Source of the DNA: Plasmodiophora brassicae
Lineage: Eukaryota
Direction of reading: 5' to 3'
Assembly: GCA_036867785.1 (NCBI GenBank)
Contig: CP145409.1
Location: 62,001-126,000 of the forward strand
Length of the DNA stretch: 64,000 nt
Shown: positions 62,116 to 64,000 of the stretch, in pieces
How positions within the stretch are numbered: the stretch's first letter is position 1
Layout of the letters: each line of letters opens with the position of its first letter
Translations under genes and position numbers: made by a program
The notes under the pieces: generated by a model
Told to the model about the DNA's origin: nothing
Databases searched by the model: none
What the model saw: the letters and a program-made list of their open reading frames with translations, nothing else

Positions 62116-63994
62116 ATGCTGGCGCGAACGCTGCTGATGCGACGACCGCATCACTGCATTCGAACGATGGCCAAGAAACCGCCACCGACGCCACCGCCGT
62201 CGGCGCCAAATCTGAAACCCGACCGGAAATCCGCCTCGGTGACGAACGTGAAATCCCCTCCGGCGAACGCGAAGCCTCCGCCCCCGTCGAACGCGAAGCC
62301 TCCGCCCCCGTCGAACGCGAATTCCCCTCCGACTTCGAATGCGAAATCGCCGTCTAACGCAGGGAGCGGTGGTGGATCCGGTACGGGCACGAAGTTGCGG
62401 TGTACTTGGCATGTGACGTCATTCATCTTGTGCTTGCTAGGACCACCACTGCCCGTTGTGGAAGGTGCATCGAAACGGTCTTGGTTTCGTCGCTTCTTGG
62501 TAGTTGGGGGCGTTCCTGTTGTGCTTGGAGGATGTGCTCTGTATGCTTATCATCAGGACGAACGTGTTCGCGCAGTGGTTGACGATGCGATCGGCCCGCA
62601 ATATGCCGAGGTGGACCCATGTGCATCGTTGCGTTCTGTCGTGAATGTCAACCTGTCCAAAGGTGCTGCATGACGCTGTGCTGAAGGTCCACGACACTAT
62701 CCGTACGTTGTCGGATGATGCTCTTAAGGAAGATTACCAGTACGTAGCACACCGGACGACTTCCGGGCGCGTCTGACAACCGGCATGTGTTTCTCAGGAA
62801 GGCACGAAATCCGGATATTCCGCCTGAAGATTTAGAGGAAGGTGATGTTGTACAGCCAGGTGCGGTTACAGCGGAACCCGAGCCTGCACCGAACGATGCT
62901 GCTGCTCAAGTGCATGCGCTGGTGGGAAGCCTGGGACCTGTTGACCGGAGCGACTGCTTATGAGTGCACCCCATGACTTAGTTGCTTCAAAAAGAGGCAG
63001 AAGTACGGCACGAATACGACACAATGATTGAGCAGCGGGTTATGGACGCGCTGAAGTCGGCCATGCATCTTCGCGAGAGCGAACTGAAGGTCAAATACGA
63101 AGAAGATTTGATTGCGCAGGAGAAGGTGCTTCATTCGGTCAGATTCGCGTGCCTGTCAGCTGATGTTGTTTCAGGCCGTAAAAGCAGCGTTTGCAGAGGA
63201 GCGTGCTGGGCGTATGAAACGAATGTCTGACATTGAGGACAAAGTTGATAAAGTCGAGAGGATACTGTCATGGCACCAGGAGAAGCAGAGACAATCCCAT
63301 AAGGTCGTCAGTCATCGCCGTCTTTAACAGTCAGTCTGACATATACTGCAGGCGCACGTGCTTGCTGCGTCTGTAATCACCATGGACTCTGCACTCCAGT
63401 CAGGGTCGCCACTTGAGAACGGGTTCCTCGGCTTGAAGTCGATTGACAACGACAGTGCTGTCACGACAGCGCTTGAAACGGTATGCCGCACACTGTGACG
63501 CGTGATGTTCCCTGCAAACTTACGTTTTCGAATCAGCTACCTGCTGACCTTGTTGAAAGAGGTGCGCCTACTCTGGCTCAGCTTCAAGAGCGTTTCAAGG
63601 TCGTATCTGCCGCATGTCGTCGTGGTGCCCTGGTCCCGCCAGATGCGGGCGTTGTCGGTCATTTCCTAGGTATGTGCTGTGGGGGGCCCTGATTATATTG
63701 TCGCTAATGCTTGCATTGAAAGCATTCATATTTTCCATTCTTCTCGTCAACCGGAACTACTATTCGGACGGGTCTGACGATATCTCGAAATTGTACCGAG
63801 CCTCGTATTTCCTTTACCAAGGTGACCTGTACAACGCTGTCGACGAGATTGGTGGCCTGGAGGCGGACGGTCTCCCACGAAGACTTGCTGCTGATTGGCT
63901 TGCTGACGCCAAGAACCGGCTCATTGCAGTGCAGACCGTGCAATTCCTGAAAGCATACGCGTCGGAACTAGCCACCACGAATGCGCTTGCTTGA
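62116..63994 (+). CDS. MIC60: MICOS subunit Mic60 (mitofilin), multi-exon
   Basis: Mitochondrial presequence, single TM and coiled coil, then GAPTLAQLQERF and L.RA.YFL..GDL..AV.E...WL.DAK.RL (mitofilin domain). Confidence 0.9.
62265..62345 (+). repeat. 24-bp coding tandem repeat (NAKPPPPS) in MIC60 N-terminus
   Basis: aacgcgaagcctccgcccccgtcg x2, plus degenerate flanking copies. Confidence 0.85.
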
Positions 63995-64000
63995 GACTGT

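Overview
This is eukaryotic, GC-rich, very gene-dense DNA with many short (about 50-70 nt) GT-AG introns. Gene density, intron style and a flagellar radial-spoke gene suggest a plasmodiophorid protist such as Plasmodiophora brassicae; that assignment is an inference. Recognisable genes are OSBP, VDAC, LETM1, an HSL-family lipase, a PH-RasGEF, an FBH1-like helicase, VPS41, RSPH14, an EDEM-type GH47, RPA12, a SET protein, ubiquitin-S27a, proteasome beta7, a PPR protein, a P-type H+-ATPase, an F-box/kelch protein and MIC60. An accessory block at 32.2-39.4 kb holds two tandem paralogous secreted proteins, a deleted PIF/Harbinger element, and a 4.3-kb foldback element that carries a decayed LINE. 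The most striking unexplained signal is non-coding. At 59.3-60.5 kb, three paralogous pre-miRNA-like hairpins share a conserved ~20-nt duplex. Several other ~1-kb intergenic tracts (0-1.1, 10.7-11.8, 21.2-22.0 and 53.3-54.0 kb) fold into dense nested helices, often with G.U pairs. There is also an apparent fusion of an MLO domain to a voltage-sensor domain. All exon boundaries and RNA pairings were read by eye and are approximate.
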